A DNA stretch of 64,000 nt, taken from Actinomycetota bacterium. Its GTDB lineage: Bacteria; Actinomycetota; Acidimicrobiia; IMCC26256; PALSA-610. The notes beneath the pieces are model-generated. The model ran no database searches and was not told the DNA's origin. It was given only the letters and a program-made list of their open reading frames with translations. Position 1 is the stretch's first letter. The number at the start of each line of letters is the position of its first letter. The position numbers and the translations under genes are program-made. Positions 1 through 8,570 of the stretch are shown piece after piece. The stretch is from contig JBQTGT010000017.1 in the NCBI GenBank assembly GCA_052390615.1, positions 70,536-134,535 of the forward strand, written 5' to 3'.

Positions 1-174
1 GTGGCCGAACGGAGGCTGCTCGAGCACGACCGCCGCGTCTTGCAGTCCGAGAGTGGTGACGAATTCGTCGAGCAGCGTGTACAGCAACTGCAACCCGCCG
101 GCGTGCTCGGCCAACAAGTGCACGAGCCGCGGGGACGTCAATGTCGACGAGCTCCTCGAGTGCGTCTCAGTCAT
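1..174 (-). CDS. 5' end of a hypothetical CDS running off the left edge (58 codons visible)
   Basis: ATG at 172-174 on the minus strand, open to base 1. Codon position 3 is almost all G/C in this frame. TAATG overlap with the stop of the upstream gene. Too short for the ORF track. Confidence 0.4.
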   Translation of the reverse strand, partial: MTETHSRSSSTLTSPRLVHLLAEHAGGLQLLYTLLDEFVTTLGLQDAAVVLEQPPFGH

Positions 175-544
175 TACGGTGCGCAGACCTCGGCCGACAT
201 CGGACCTTCGAGGCCGTGCGTCGACACCGCGCCGACCGCGTAGCAGCGCTGCGCGACCCCGCCGATGGCCACGGCCAGAAGTCGGCGGCGTCGACCAGGC
301 CGAGCCGCCCCGGCGCGAGCACCCCGAGCGCCGCGTCGGTGACGACGGCGAGCTGCCACGTCCCGACCTGCTTGCGTTCGCACACGCGGTAGTGCGCGAC
401 GTTCGCGGACGCGGGCAACGGATTCCATGTCAGCACGATCTCGCCGCTTCCGCCGCCGGGTACCGCCGTCAGTCCAGTCACCGCGGGCGCGCAACACCGC
501 GCGAGCTTGAATCGGTCGAAGAAACCATCAAGGAGCCGAGCCAC
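174..544 (-). pseudogene. FN3-like hypothetical protein with apparent frameshift near 265-285
   Basis: N-terminal part lies in ORF 167..544 (..PAVTGLTAVPGGGSGEIVLTWNPLPASANVAHYRV..). C-terminal part (..AVAIGGVAQRCYAVGAVSTHGLEGPMSAEVCAP*) lies in ORF 174..497. GC3 drops in the first frame and rises in the second past the junction. Confidence 0.35.
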
Positions 545-744
545 GCCCAGACGTTACCCAGCTCTCGCTATTTCGTCTCGAGCGCCGCGTTCATGCGCTG
601 GTGGCGTCGATCCATTCCTCGACAATTTGGTACACGACGTCTTTCGCGGACCTGACGCGGTCGACTGGTCCCACAATTTGGCCGACCGGTGAACCCGACA
701 ATGCTCAGCCAAATCGACCCGTCCACGCGCTTCGACGCCGGTTG

Positions 745-785
745 ATGCGTCGATAGACCTAAGAATTTAGGGTCTATCGACGCAT
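745..785. repeat. Palindromic repeat family A, copy 1 (15-bp arms atgcgtcgatagacc / ggtctatcgacgcat, 11-nt AT-rich loop)
   Basis: Perfect inverted repeat read directly. The same arms recur at 44851-44894. Sits 8 nt downstream of the minus-strand stop at 793. Confidence 0.7.
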
Positions 786-792
786 TGGGGGG

Positions 793-1962
793 CTACGGCA
801 GGCGCTCGCTGGGGACGTCGAAGTAGTCCCGATAGCGGTGGGCGCGGTCGCGCCACTCGCGCTCGTCGAGTTCCGTCGCCGCGAACGTATAGGAGTGTTT
901 GCCGTGCTTGTCTTGGGGATTGGCGGCGAGGAACGCTCGCATACGGCGCTCGGTCGCGTCGGTAAGCACCATCCCGAGCCGATCGTAGATCCCACGGATA
1001 GTCACGAACGGGTCGGCCATGAACTCGGCGAACTGCACGTCGATCACGCAGTCGGCTGGGACAGTGCCGTCCTCGCGCGCCTTCACCGACCGGTCGAGCC
1101 CCTCGATCACGTACTCGGCGAACTCGGCCGCGACAGTAGGGATCGATGTGTCGTCGGTCGCGAGTGAGCGCAGGGTCGATACGAGCGAACCGAGCGATGC
1201 GATGATGCGCAGCGGGTCGCGGTGCGTCTGCACGAGCAACGACTCGGAGTATTCCCCCATCAGTGCGTTGAGACTCCAGATATGCCCCGGCGACTTAACG
1301 ACCCAGCGATCGGTCGGGTGCCGCGACTGGAGATGCTGCAGAAACAGCCGGTGCCAGCGGTAGGCGGGCGCCATGTCGGCTTCGAACAGCAGCCACTTCG
1401 CGTACGACGGCACTCGGAACTGCGTCGGGAAAATCATGCTCCGAAAGTCCAGCGCCGTGATGCGCACGCACTCCTGTGGGAGCAGTGCTCCCATCGGATG
1501 CATCGCCCGGAAGTTCGGGATCACGAGGTCGACCATCGACGACGCCGACTCGCTCTCGACGATTCGCGCGTCGGTGTCGTAGGTGAGCGCGTCGGGGGGC
1601 GGACAGGGTTTGTCGACCTCCCACGTGAGCGGGACGCGCGTCGCCGGGTCCTGGGCGAGCAGGTCATGGAGGATCGTGGTGCCTGTACGCCCCTGCCCGA
1701 TGATCACGATCGGCGGGACAACGTCGGCACGCGCATTCTCCGGATGGGCGCAGTGTTCGGCCATGACCTGCAAACGCGTCGAGAGGTAGCCGATGATCTC
1801 ACCCTCGACGATCGTGCGACCGAGGTCGTTCAGCGCGGCTTCGTGCGCGAGCGCGGCCAGCAACCGGTCGAGTCCCTCCTGCCATGTGTCCTCGCCGAAG
1901 TCGTCGAGGTCCGTTGCGGCGCGCGCCGCGTCGACGAACTGCTCGGCGCGCCACTCAGCCAC
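793..1962 (-). CDS. Sulfotransferase family protein
   Basis: 389-aa ORF. PAPS-binding P-loop-like IIGQGRTGTTILHDLL and overall sulfotransferase-like layout. Confidence 0.75.
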   Translation of the reverse strand: MAEWRAEQFVDAARAATDLDDFGEDTWQEGLDRLLAALAHEAALNDLGRTIVEGEIIGYLSTRLQVMAEHCAHPENARADVVPPIVIIGQGRTGTTILHDLLAQDPATRVPLTWEVDKPCPPPDALTYDTDARIVESESASSMVDLVIPNFRAMHPMGALLPQECVRITALDFRSMIFPTQFRVPSYAKWLLFEADMAPAYRWHRLFLQHLQSRHPTDRWVVKSPGHIWSLNALMGEYSESLLVQTHRDPLRIIASLGSLVSTLRSLATDDTSIPTVAAEFAEYVIEGLDRSVKAREDGTVPADCVIDVQFAEFMADPFVTIRGIYDRLGMVLTDATERRMRAFLAANPQDKHGKHSYTFAATELDEREWRDRAHRYRDYFDVPSERLP

Positions 1963-3061
1963 GGAGGTCGGATCTCTTCACCACGGTCGCGGCGGGGGTC
2001 TCGACGTCACCCTCCGGCAAGAAGAACCGCCAGAAGACCATGCCGAACGCACGCCCCTCGGTGTCGATCCAGTTCGGAACGCCCGGGTCCTCGTGCGCGA
2101 TCACGATGCGAAAGCTGCCATCGGGTTCGAGCGTCGTGTTGGCGCGGTTGCGACCGACCGGTCGGTGCGCGTAGTCGTAGGTTTGCAAGTACCGGGTCCA
2201 CACGGTGACGTTCGCGAACGCGCATTCCGGCCAGCGGCCCGCCATCACCAGTGCTTCGTCCGGCGCGAGCAGGTATGGCGCCATCGAATACGCGGCGTCG
2301 GCGGCGGCGAACGCGAACGCGCCGGGCAACTCGGGCTTGGGGAACTCGTTGGGTGTCGTCGAGACCCACGCCGGCTGCTGGCCTTCGCCGGGCTTGGCCT
2401 GGTCGAGCGTGCGGCCGCGCACGAAGTGCGCAACGCGGCGCCAGGCCGCCGCAACCCGCGCATCGTCCCACGCTGGAGGCGGTCCGACCGGCGCGAGCGG
2501 TTCGATCGTGAGCGGCACTCGCCGGTTGGGATCGGCCGCCGCCGGCTCCGCGTCCTCGAAGTAACAGCGCACGATCACCTCGGACGCACCCGCGGCGAGC
2601 GCGAGCCAGTTGCGATCCTGCGCCTCACCGCCGAGGTCGAACCCGAAGCTGCCGTCGGCCGCGACATCGAAATCCCGGTTGTTCAACCCGCCGGCGGTCT
2701 GGCTGCTGTAGCCGCCTTTCTCGCTCCCAACCTCGACCGTGAACGAGAGGTAGACCGCGCCCGCCATGTTCCCGGTGACGCGGTACGCGCGGTCGGGGCG
2801 CACCGGCGCGGTGTAGTAGATCGCGTCTGGGTTGTCGCCCAGCATCTTGCGGGTGCGGCTCACGATGCGTCGAAAGAACGGCCGGTCGGGATCGCAGTCG
2901 AACATCAAATACAGCGCGCCCTCGAGCGTGTTGGCAAGGCTGCGATACCCATCGGGCAAGTCGCCGAAGCCGGCCGCGCCCCACTCGTCACCGAGGTAGC
3001 GATCGTCGACTTCCTCGAGGAGCGCGATCAGCTCGCGCAACGACTCTTTCGATTCGCTCAT
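1955..3061 (-). CDS. DUF1214-like hypothetical protein
   Basis: ORF 1955..3511 trimmed to the internal ATG (MSESKESLRELIALLEE..). The upstream extension is Arg-rich shadow sequence. C-terminal ..GVPNWIDTEGRAFGMVFWRFFLP.. resembles the DUF1214 end. 8-nt overlap with the next gene. Confidence 0.6.
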   Translation of the reverse strand: MSESKESLRELIALLEEVDDRYLGDEWGAAGFGDLPDGYRSLANTLEGALYLMFDCDPDRPFFRRIVSRTRKMLGDNPDAIYYTAPVRPDRAYRVTGNMAGAVYLSFTVEVGSEKGGYSSQTAGGLNNRDFDVAADGSFGFDLGGEAQDRNWLALAAGASEVIVRCYFEDAEPAAADPNRRVPLTIEPLAPVGPPPAWDDARVAAAWRRVAHFVRGRTLDQAKPGEGQQPAWVSTTPNEFPKPELPGAFAFAAADAAYSMAPYLLAPDEALVMAGRWPECAFANVTVWTRYLQTYDYAHRPVGRNRANTTLEPDGSFRIVIAHEDPGVPNWIDTEGRAFGMVFWRFFLPEGDVETPAATVVKRSDLRG

Positions 3062-3786
3062 ATATCGCGCTCTCGCAGCACGACCTGCTCGCACCGCTCG
3101 CGCGCGGCATAGGCCGCGTTGGTCGCGGCCACCGTCGAGCCCTTGGCGAGTTTGGCGAGCATCGGGATCCGCCACGGCTTCGTGAGCATGAACTTGGCGA
3201 TGTTCTTGACGTTCGGGCTGCCGTCCTGATTGGCGAGCGCGAGGACCGATTGGTCCATCCCCGGATCGCCGGCGCGATCGCTGATCGCGCGAAACGCTGT
3301 CCACGGACAGCCCGCGGCGTCGCACACGGCCGCGACCGCGGCGGTCTCCATGTCGACCGCAAGCACGCCGGCTGCGATCATCTGACTGATCTCCTCGGCA
3401 TCGACCGTGAAGTCGTCGGAGCAGACCAGCCGGCCGTTCGGTGTGACGCCCGGCAGCGGCGACGGTCGGTGCTCGGTGTCCGCGTGCTTGTCGACCACGA
3501 CCTCGGGCCAAATCATGTCGCCGATACCCACATCGGGGCTGATTCCGCCCGCGATGCCGACGATCATGAGATGGTCGATGGGTCCGGACGCGAGCGCACG
3601 CTCGGTGGCCATCTTCGCGGGACCCATGCCGATGCCGGTGAGCGTGGCAACGATGTCGACCCCGCCGACCCGACCTTCGTGCAGCCCGTGGTCGGCGCCG
3701 ACGACGCGGTGCAAGGAAAAGGCTTTCACCACTGGCGCGAGCTCCGACTTCATCGGCGCCAGGACTGCGATCCGCGCTGCATCCAC
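3058..3786 (-). CDS. Nucleoside phosphorylase family protein (PNP_UDP_1, MTA/SAH-nucleosidase-like)
   Basis: ..IAVLAPMKSELAPV..GIGMGPAKMATERAL..MIVGIAGG..AVDMETAAVAAVC.. motifs. Start set at an in-frame GTG and is approximate. ATGA-type overlap with the downstream gene. Confidence 0.7.
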   Translation of the reverse strand: MDAARIAVLAPMKSELAPVVKAFSLHRVVGADHGLHEGRVGGVDIVATLTGIGMGPAKMATERALASGPIDHLMIVGIAGGISPDVGIGDMIWPEVVVDKHADTEHRPSPLPGVTPNGRLVCSDDFTVDAEEISQMIAAGVLAVDMETAAVAAVCDAAGCPWTAFRAISDRAGDPGMDQSVLALANQDGSPNVKNIAKFMLTKPWRIPMLAKLAKGSTVAATNAAYAARERCEQVVLRERDI

Positions 3787-3796
3787 GGGCCGGACG

Positions 3797-5062
3797 TTAC
3801 GCCACCCGTAGTTCCGCTGTCTCGAGCGCGACCGCGCCCGCGCGCGCCGCTGACCGCCGCGCCGCGGTCGCGCCGAACCCAGCCGCGGCGAGCGCCGACA
3901 ACCCGCCGACGGCGACACCGACGCGTGCGTTGAACGTCTCGCAGATCGCACCGAGCACCGGGCCGCCGATCGGAGTGCTCCCGAAGAACACGATTGCTTG
4001 GAGCGCAAGTACGCGGCCTCGCATCGCCGGATCGGCGCGCAGCTGCACGATCGCGGTCGAGGCGATCATGAACCCGATGCTGGCGGCGCCGATCGCAATC
4101 CCAATCGGGAACGCCATCCACATGCTCGGCGCAAGCGCCAGCGCGAGCATCGCGGCGCCGAACGCGGCGCTCGCCATTGCGACGTGCCGAACGCCCAAAT
4201 CGCGCCGTCGCGCCGTCGCGAGCGCCCCGACGAGGGAACCGATGCTCACAATCGAGAAGAAGGCGGTGAAGGTCTGGTCGGTCCCGCCGAACGTGCGCGT
4301 AATCAGCAATGGCATCACCGTCTGAAAGTTGAACGCGAACGTGCCGACGACGGACATCATCACCAGCGAGATCCAGAGCTCGGGCACGGTGCGCACGTAG
4401 CGCAACCCGGCACGTACTTGGCCACGTCCTCGTTCGGTGACGGGACCCGGTCGCAGCTTCGACGTATCCATCCGCGCGTACGCGAGGATGACCGCCGAGT
4501 AGGAAAGACCGTCGAGCGCGAAACACCACGCGTAGCCAACGGTGCCGATCAGTAGGCCGGCCAGCGCCGGGCCGACGACGCGTGCGCCGGTCATCAGCGC
4601 ACTGTTGAGGCTGACGGCGTTGTTGATCTCGTCTTCGGCGACCATTTCGTTTACGAACGCGCGCCGAGCGGGGTTGTCGAAGGCGAGCGCGAACCCGCCG
4701 GCCGCGGCGAGGAGGTAGATGGCCGCCAGCGGCGGGTCGCCCATCGTGGCGAGGAGGGCGAGCGCGAACGACTGCACCATTGCGAACGACTGCACGACGA
4801 TGAGCAGCTTGCGCTTGTCGGATCGGTCCGCGAGCAGACCGGCGAACGCGCCGAACAACAGCACCGGCAGGAACTGACACGCGGTGAGCAGGCCGATTGC
4901 GATGCCGCTGCCGGTGAGATGGAGCACGAATAGCGTCTGCGCGATCATCGTCAACCAGTTGCCGATCTGCGAGATCCACTGACCGGCGAAGAACAGCCGG
5001 AAATTGCGCCCGCGCAAGGCGCGGAACGTTTCGCGGGTCAGGACGCGCATGCGTTCGGTCAT
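3797..5062 (-). CDS. MFS transporter
   Basis: ORF trimmed to MTERMRVLTRETFRALRGRNFRLFFAGQWISQIGNW... Multiple hydrophobic helices, EntS/MFS_3-like. Confidence 0.85.
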   Translation of the reverse strand: MTERMRVLTRETFRALRGRNFRLFFAGQWISQIGNWLTMIAQTLFVLHLTGSGIAIGLLTACQFLPVLLFGAFAGLLADRSDKRKLLIVVQSFAMVQSFALALLATMGDPPLAAIYLLAAAGGFALAFDNPARRAFVNEMVAEDEINNAVSLNSALMTGARVVGPALAGLLIGTVGYAWCFALDGLSYSAVILAYARMDTSKLRPGPVTERGRGQVRAGLRYVRTVPELWISLVMMSVVGTFAFNFQTVMPLLITRTFGGTDQTFTAFFSIVSIGSLVGALATARRRDLGVRHVAMASAAFGAAMLALALAPSMWMAFPIGIAIGAASIGFMIASTAIVQLRADPAMRGRVLALQAIVFFGSTPIGGPVLGAICETFNARVGVAVGGLSALAAAGFGATAARRSAARAGAVALETAELRVA

Positions 5063-5511
5063 GACGTCACCCGAGACTTCGCGGTCGTGAGGTGCTCGAT
5101 GACGTCGATCGCGTTCGCGAGGCGCGCGACCTCGTCGGCGTCGAGGTCGCGGAGTTGCGCGGCGAGCCACGCAGTACGGCGCGTGCGGCTGGCGTCGAGC
5201 TGGCGCCGTCCCTTCGCCGTGATACGCACGCGCGACACGCGCCGGTCTCGGTCGTCGCGGGTGCGCTCGAGGAGGCCCCGCTCCTCCAGCGCCGCGACGA
5301 CCTTGGTGATCGTCGGCGGCGAGAGCTGCTCGCGCGCGGCGAGATCGCCGAGGCTGATCGGACCCTCGCGCTCGACGACCGCGAGTGCGGATACCAGCGC
5401 CGGCGCGAGACCAGTGTCGTCCTGTTGGCGCAGGAGCCGGGCGAGACGGAAGACCGAATAGCGCAACCGCCCGGCCAGTTCGGGCACGTCGGCAGGGTCC
5501 GCGGGAGGCAC
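5059..5511 (-). CDS. MarR family transcriptional regulator
   Basis: 150 aa. wHTH ..ISLGDLAAREQLSPPTITKVVAALEERGLLERTRDDRDRRVSRVRIT... ATGA overlap with the MFS gene. Confidence 0.9.
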   Translation of the reverse strand: MPPADPADVPELAGRLRYSVFRLARLLRQQDDTGLAPALVSALAVVEREGPISLGDLAAREQLSPPTITKVVAALEERGLLERTRDDRDRRVSRVRITAKGRRQLDASRTRRTAWLAAQLRDLDADEVARLANAIDVIEHLTTAKSRVTS

Positions 5512-5529
5512 GCATCCAGGCTAGCAGAT

Positions 5530-5550
5530 AGTTAGTATGATGAACTAACT
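5530..5550. promoter_or_regulatory. Candidate MarR operator (AGTTAGT-N7-ACTAACT) in an AT-rich island
   Basis: Perfect 7-bp inverted repeat about 20 nt upstream of the marR start, in the only AT-rich patch of this intergenic region. Confidence 0.4.
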
Positions 5551-5574
5551 GTTGTTCCCGGCCGAGCGCGCCAC

Positions 5575-5625
5575 CGAACTGGCGTGACTGAAGCGCGGCT
5601 CACGCGCCTTTGTCACGCCAGTTCG
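5575..5625. repeat. Structured repeat family B, copy 1 (14-bp outer stem cgaactggcgtgac / gtcacgccagttcg with an inner GC stem)
   Basis: Read directly. A 51-nt near-identical copy lies at 59340-59390 (4 differences). Begins 1 nt after the minus-strand stop at 5627. Confidence 0.7.
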
Positions 5626-5626
5626 C

Positions 5627-6832
5627 TCAGACGGCCCACATGTAGCCGTCGTCGGGCCAGTACACGACGCGGTCGTCCTTGAACTGTTGTTGTTGTGTCT
5701 CGTCGTAACCGAGCCAGCCGAGGATCTCGCGGGTGTGCTCCCCCACCATCGGCGGCGGGCCCTTGCTGCGGCCGGGCGTCTCCGAGAAGTCGATGAACGC
5801 GCCGAACTGCCGCATGCGACCCATCGTGGGGTGGTCGTACTCGGCGACCAGGCCGAGCCGCTCGTTGTCGGCATCGAAGAACACGCGCTCACCGCTGTTG
5901 GTGTCGACCGGGATCTCGTTGGGGACACGCGCGTCGGAGAGCAGCCGCGACCACACGAGCGACGTGCGCGACGCGCAGACAGGGATGAACAGGGCTTCGA
6001 GCTGTTGACGGTGCGTGCGGCGCGCGGCCGCGTCCGCGAAGCGAGCGTCGTCGACCAGTTCGGGCAACGCGAGCGCGTTGCACAGCCCGACCCACTGCTC
6101 GTGGGTGACCGCACAGACCTGGAGCCACCCGTCCTGCGTTCGATACAACCGGTAGCACGCGTCGATACCGGTCTGGTCGGCGTCGAGCTTCGGTCGTTCG
6201 ACGTAGTCGCCGTCGACGAGGAGCGCGTCCGAGGAGAGCATCGCCGCGCCATCGAGCAGCGACGTCCAGAGCTCCTGGCCCTCGCCGGTGCGCCGCTGGT
6301 GGTACAGCGCGGCAAGGGAGCCGACGACCGACAGCATCGCGTTGGCGGTGTCGGTCATCCCGAACCGGAGATACAGCGGCGGGTTGCCCGCCGAGACCGG
6401 TCCGGCTTCGTGTTCGATACCAGCTGCGGCTTGGAACAGCGGATCGAGACCGCCGAAATGCGACTGCGGGCCCTCGAGTCCGTAGGCATAGGTGTTGCAG
6501 TACACGATGTCGGACTTGACCCGCTTGCAGTCCTCGTAGCCGATACCGAGGCGATTGGCGACACCCTTCGTCATGTTGTGGTGCACGATGTCCGCGCGCG
6601 CGACGAGCTCGAGCGCGAGCTCCTTGCCGCGCGGCTTCTTGAGGTCGATGGCGATGTCGCGCTTGCCCCGCTGACACCCGAAGAACGGCTGGCTGACGTT
6701 GCGCATGCCATCCCCGGTCAGCGGCTCGACCTTGATGACGTCGGCGCCCATGTCGGCGATGATCATCGGGCCGAACGGTCCCGCGAGGTACTGGCCGAAG
6801 TCGACGAGCACGACTCCCTCGAGCGCGTTCAT
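5627..6832 (-). CDS. CoA-transferase family III (CaiB/BaiF) protein
   Basis: Trimmed to MNALEGVVLVDFGQYLAGPFGPMIIADMGADVIKVEP.., the typical family III N-terminus. Confidence 0.85.
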   Translation of the reverse strand: MNALEGVVLVDFGQYLAGPFGPMIIADMGADVIKVEPLTGDGMRNVSQPFFGCQRGKRDIAIDLKKPRGKELALELVARADIVHHNMTKGVANRLGIGYEDCKRVKSDIVYCNTYAYGLEGPQSHFGGLDPLFQAAAGIEHEAGPVSAGNPPLYLRFGMTDTANAMLSVVGSLAALYHQRRTGEGQELWTSLLDGAAMLSSDALLVDGDYVERPKLDADQTGIDACYRLYRTQDGWLQVCAVTHEQWVGLCNALALPELVDDARFADAAARRTHRQQLEALFIPVCASRTSLVWSRLLSDARVPNEIPVDTNSGERVFFDADNERLGLVAEYDHPTMGRMRQFGAFIDFSETPGRSKGPPPMVGEHTREILGWLGYDETQQQQFKDDRVVYWPDDGYMWAV

Positions 6833-8031
6833 CAGCCGGCCCCTGCAAACGCGGCGATCTGGTCGGCCGAGTAGCCGAGCGCGCCGAAGATCTCGGCGTT
6901 GTGCTGTCCGGGCGCGGCGCGCGGCCCTTGGACCGCACCCGGCGTCCCGGCGAGGTGCAGCGGGACGCCGACCTGCGTGGTCGGGCCGTACTCCGGGTCG
7001 TCGACGGCGGCGATCATGCCGTTGGCCAACAGCTGCGGGTTGGGCGCGCCCGTCGCGCCGAGCGTCTCCTCCATCGGGACGATCGCTTCGACCGCGTGGT
7101 TGTTCTGGCGCATCTCCGCGATGAGCTTCTCGCGGTCGTGCTCCTTGTACGCGGCCCGGCGCTTCGGCGTGAGCGCCGCGCGCTCTTCGGGCGACAGCAG
7201 CGGATAGCGCGACGGATCGGTCGCTTCCGGCAGCCCCAGGATCTCGTCTTGACTCTTGATCGGTGCGAGGCCGCTCATGATCGACGTGTGCACCCACTGG
7301 TCGCCGGCCACGGCGAACACCATCTCCTGGTGTACGCCCGGCGGATACGACTTCACCATCCCGCCGTAGTACGCGGACGTCGCGCGCGGAATCCACGTCC
7401 AGATCTGCGTCGTGAACAAGCACGCGCCCTGGAACAGCGACGTGCGGACGTGCTGGCCCCGCCCGGTGGTTTCACGCGCGATCAGCGCGCTGAGAATGCC
7501 GGTCGGCACGAGGAACATCGCGGCCATGCTCGGCAGCGGCACGTGCAAGAAGATCGGCCCCATGCGCCACCCCGGCTGCTCCCACTGCTGGCCGCTGCTC
7601 GCCTGCACGAGGGCATCCCAACCCGGGCGGTCCGCGAGCCGGTGCCCTTCGGGATAGGCGGGACAGCTCGCGTACACGAGCCACGGGTTGCGTTCATGCA
7701 GCGCGTTGAATCCGATACCGAGCCGCTCGGTGACGCCGGGTCGGAACGTCTCCACAAGCACGTCGGCGGTGTCGACGAGCGTGCGGAACGCGTCGAGGCC
7801 GGCGGGGTTCTTCAGGTCGACCGTGACCGAGCGCTTCGAGCGGTCCCAGACGACAAACCCGCTGTAGTCGCGCAGCGGGCATCCGCCGGGCGGCTCGACC
7901 TTGACGACATCGGCGCCCTGCTCGGCGAGGAGCTGCACACCGAGCGATCCGGCGATCCCCCAGGACAGGTCCAACACTCGCAGTCCGTCGAGGGCGCCCG
8001 GCACGAGCGGGGATCTTACGCTTGGGCCCAT
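6832..8031 (-). CDS. CoA-transferase family III (CaiB/BaiF) protein
   Basis: ..LDGLRVLDLSWGIAGSLGVQLLAEQGADVVKVEPPGG... Start at MGPSV is approximate. Stop/start overlap with the downstream paralogous-family gene. Confidence 0.8.
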   Translation of the reverse strand: MGPSVRSPLVPGALDGLRVLDLSWGIAGSLGVQLLAEQGADVVKVEPPGGCPLRDYSGFVVWDRSKRSVTVDLKNPAGLDAFRTLVDTADVLVETFRPGVTERLGIGFNALHERNPWLVYASCPAYPEGHRLADRPGWDALVQASSGQQWEQPGWRMGPIFLHVPLPSMAAMFLVPTGILSALIARETTGRGQHVRTSLFQGACLFTTQIWTWIPRATSAYYGGMVKSYPPGVHQEMVFAVAGDQWVHTSIMSGLAPIKSQDEILGLPEATDPSRYPLLSPEERAALTPKRRAAYKEHDREKLIAEMRQNNHAVEAIVPMEETLGATGAPNPQLLANGMIAAVDDPEYGPTTQVGVPLHLAGTPGAVQGPRAAPGQHNAEIFGALGYSADQIAAFAGAG

Positions 8032-8486
8032 GGATGCCGTCCGCCGTCTCGAGATCATGGAAGCCGTGCGCGTCGTGAAGGCGCGCTACTTCCGTCACAT
8101 GGACCGCAAGGAGTGGGACGATTTCCGGGAGTTGTTCACGGACGACTTCGAGGCTGACGTCACCGACGACATGGTCGCCGCCGGGCTATCGCGCGATTCG
8201 GGGATACGCATCGGCGCCGACCGGTTCGTGCGCGGTGTCGTGCGCGCGCTCGAAGGCGTCCGCACGGTGCATCACGGACACATGCCCGAGATCGAGGTGC
8301 TCGACGACGAGCACGCGAGTGCGGTCTGGGCGATGGAGGACCGCCTGGATTATCCCGACGGCCGCGTGGTTACCGGCGGCCGGCCACTACTTCGAGGAGT
8401 ACCGCGTCGACGCGCGCGCCTGGCGCATGTCCACGATGCGCCTCTCCCGCCTCCGCATCGTCACCATTCCTTCACCCGAGCGCTGA
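8030..8486 (+). pseudogene. SnoaL_4/NTF2-like protein with apparent +1 frameshift near 8375-8384
   Basis: N-terminal part MDAVRRLEIMEAVRVVKARYFRHMDRKEWDDFRELFTDDF.. is in the frame of ORF 7901. The conserved C-terminal part ..GHYFEEYRVDARAWRMSTMRLSRLRIVT is in the frame of ORF 8235. The switch falls in the run ggcggccggcc. Confidence 0.55.
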
Positions 8487-8503
8487 ACGGGTCGGTGAAA
8501 TAC

Positions 8504-8558
8504 CCATCTGTTGGGTATCTCACGCACCGCTCCGGTGCGTGAGATACCCAACAGATGG
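8504..8558. terminator. 26-bp perfect hairpin with a 3-nt loop between convergent genes
   Basis: ccatctgttgggtatctcacgcaccg-ctc-cggtgcgtgagatacccaacagatgg read directly. Lies between the stops at 8486 (+) and 8571 (-). Confidence 0.5.
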
Positions 8559-8570
8559 TGCACTCGGCGA

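Noticed and set aside
1793-3112. 439-aa plus-strand ORF, and similar long ORFs at 8511..10007, 15319..17541, 21878..23611, 24570..25982, 40726..42612, 53479..55350 and 60987..62303
   Set aside because: All lie antisense to genes with clear family signatures. Their translations are Arg/Gly/Asp-rich low-complexity sequence without motifs. These are typical shadow ORFs of high-GC DNA.
8029-8032. Divergent start codons overlapping (cat/atg) for the CoA-transferase (minus) and the SnoaL-like gene (plus)
   Set aside because: This leaves no promoter space, and at least one start is probably mis-set by my trimming. I treat it as a start-codon uncertainty rather than a biological feature.
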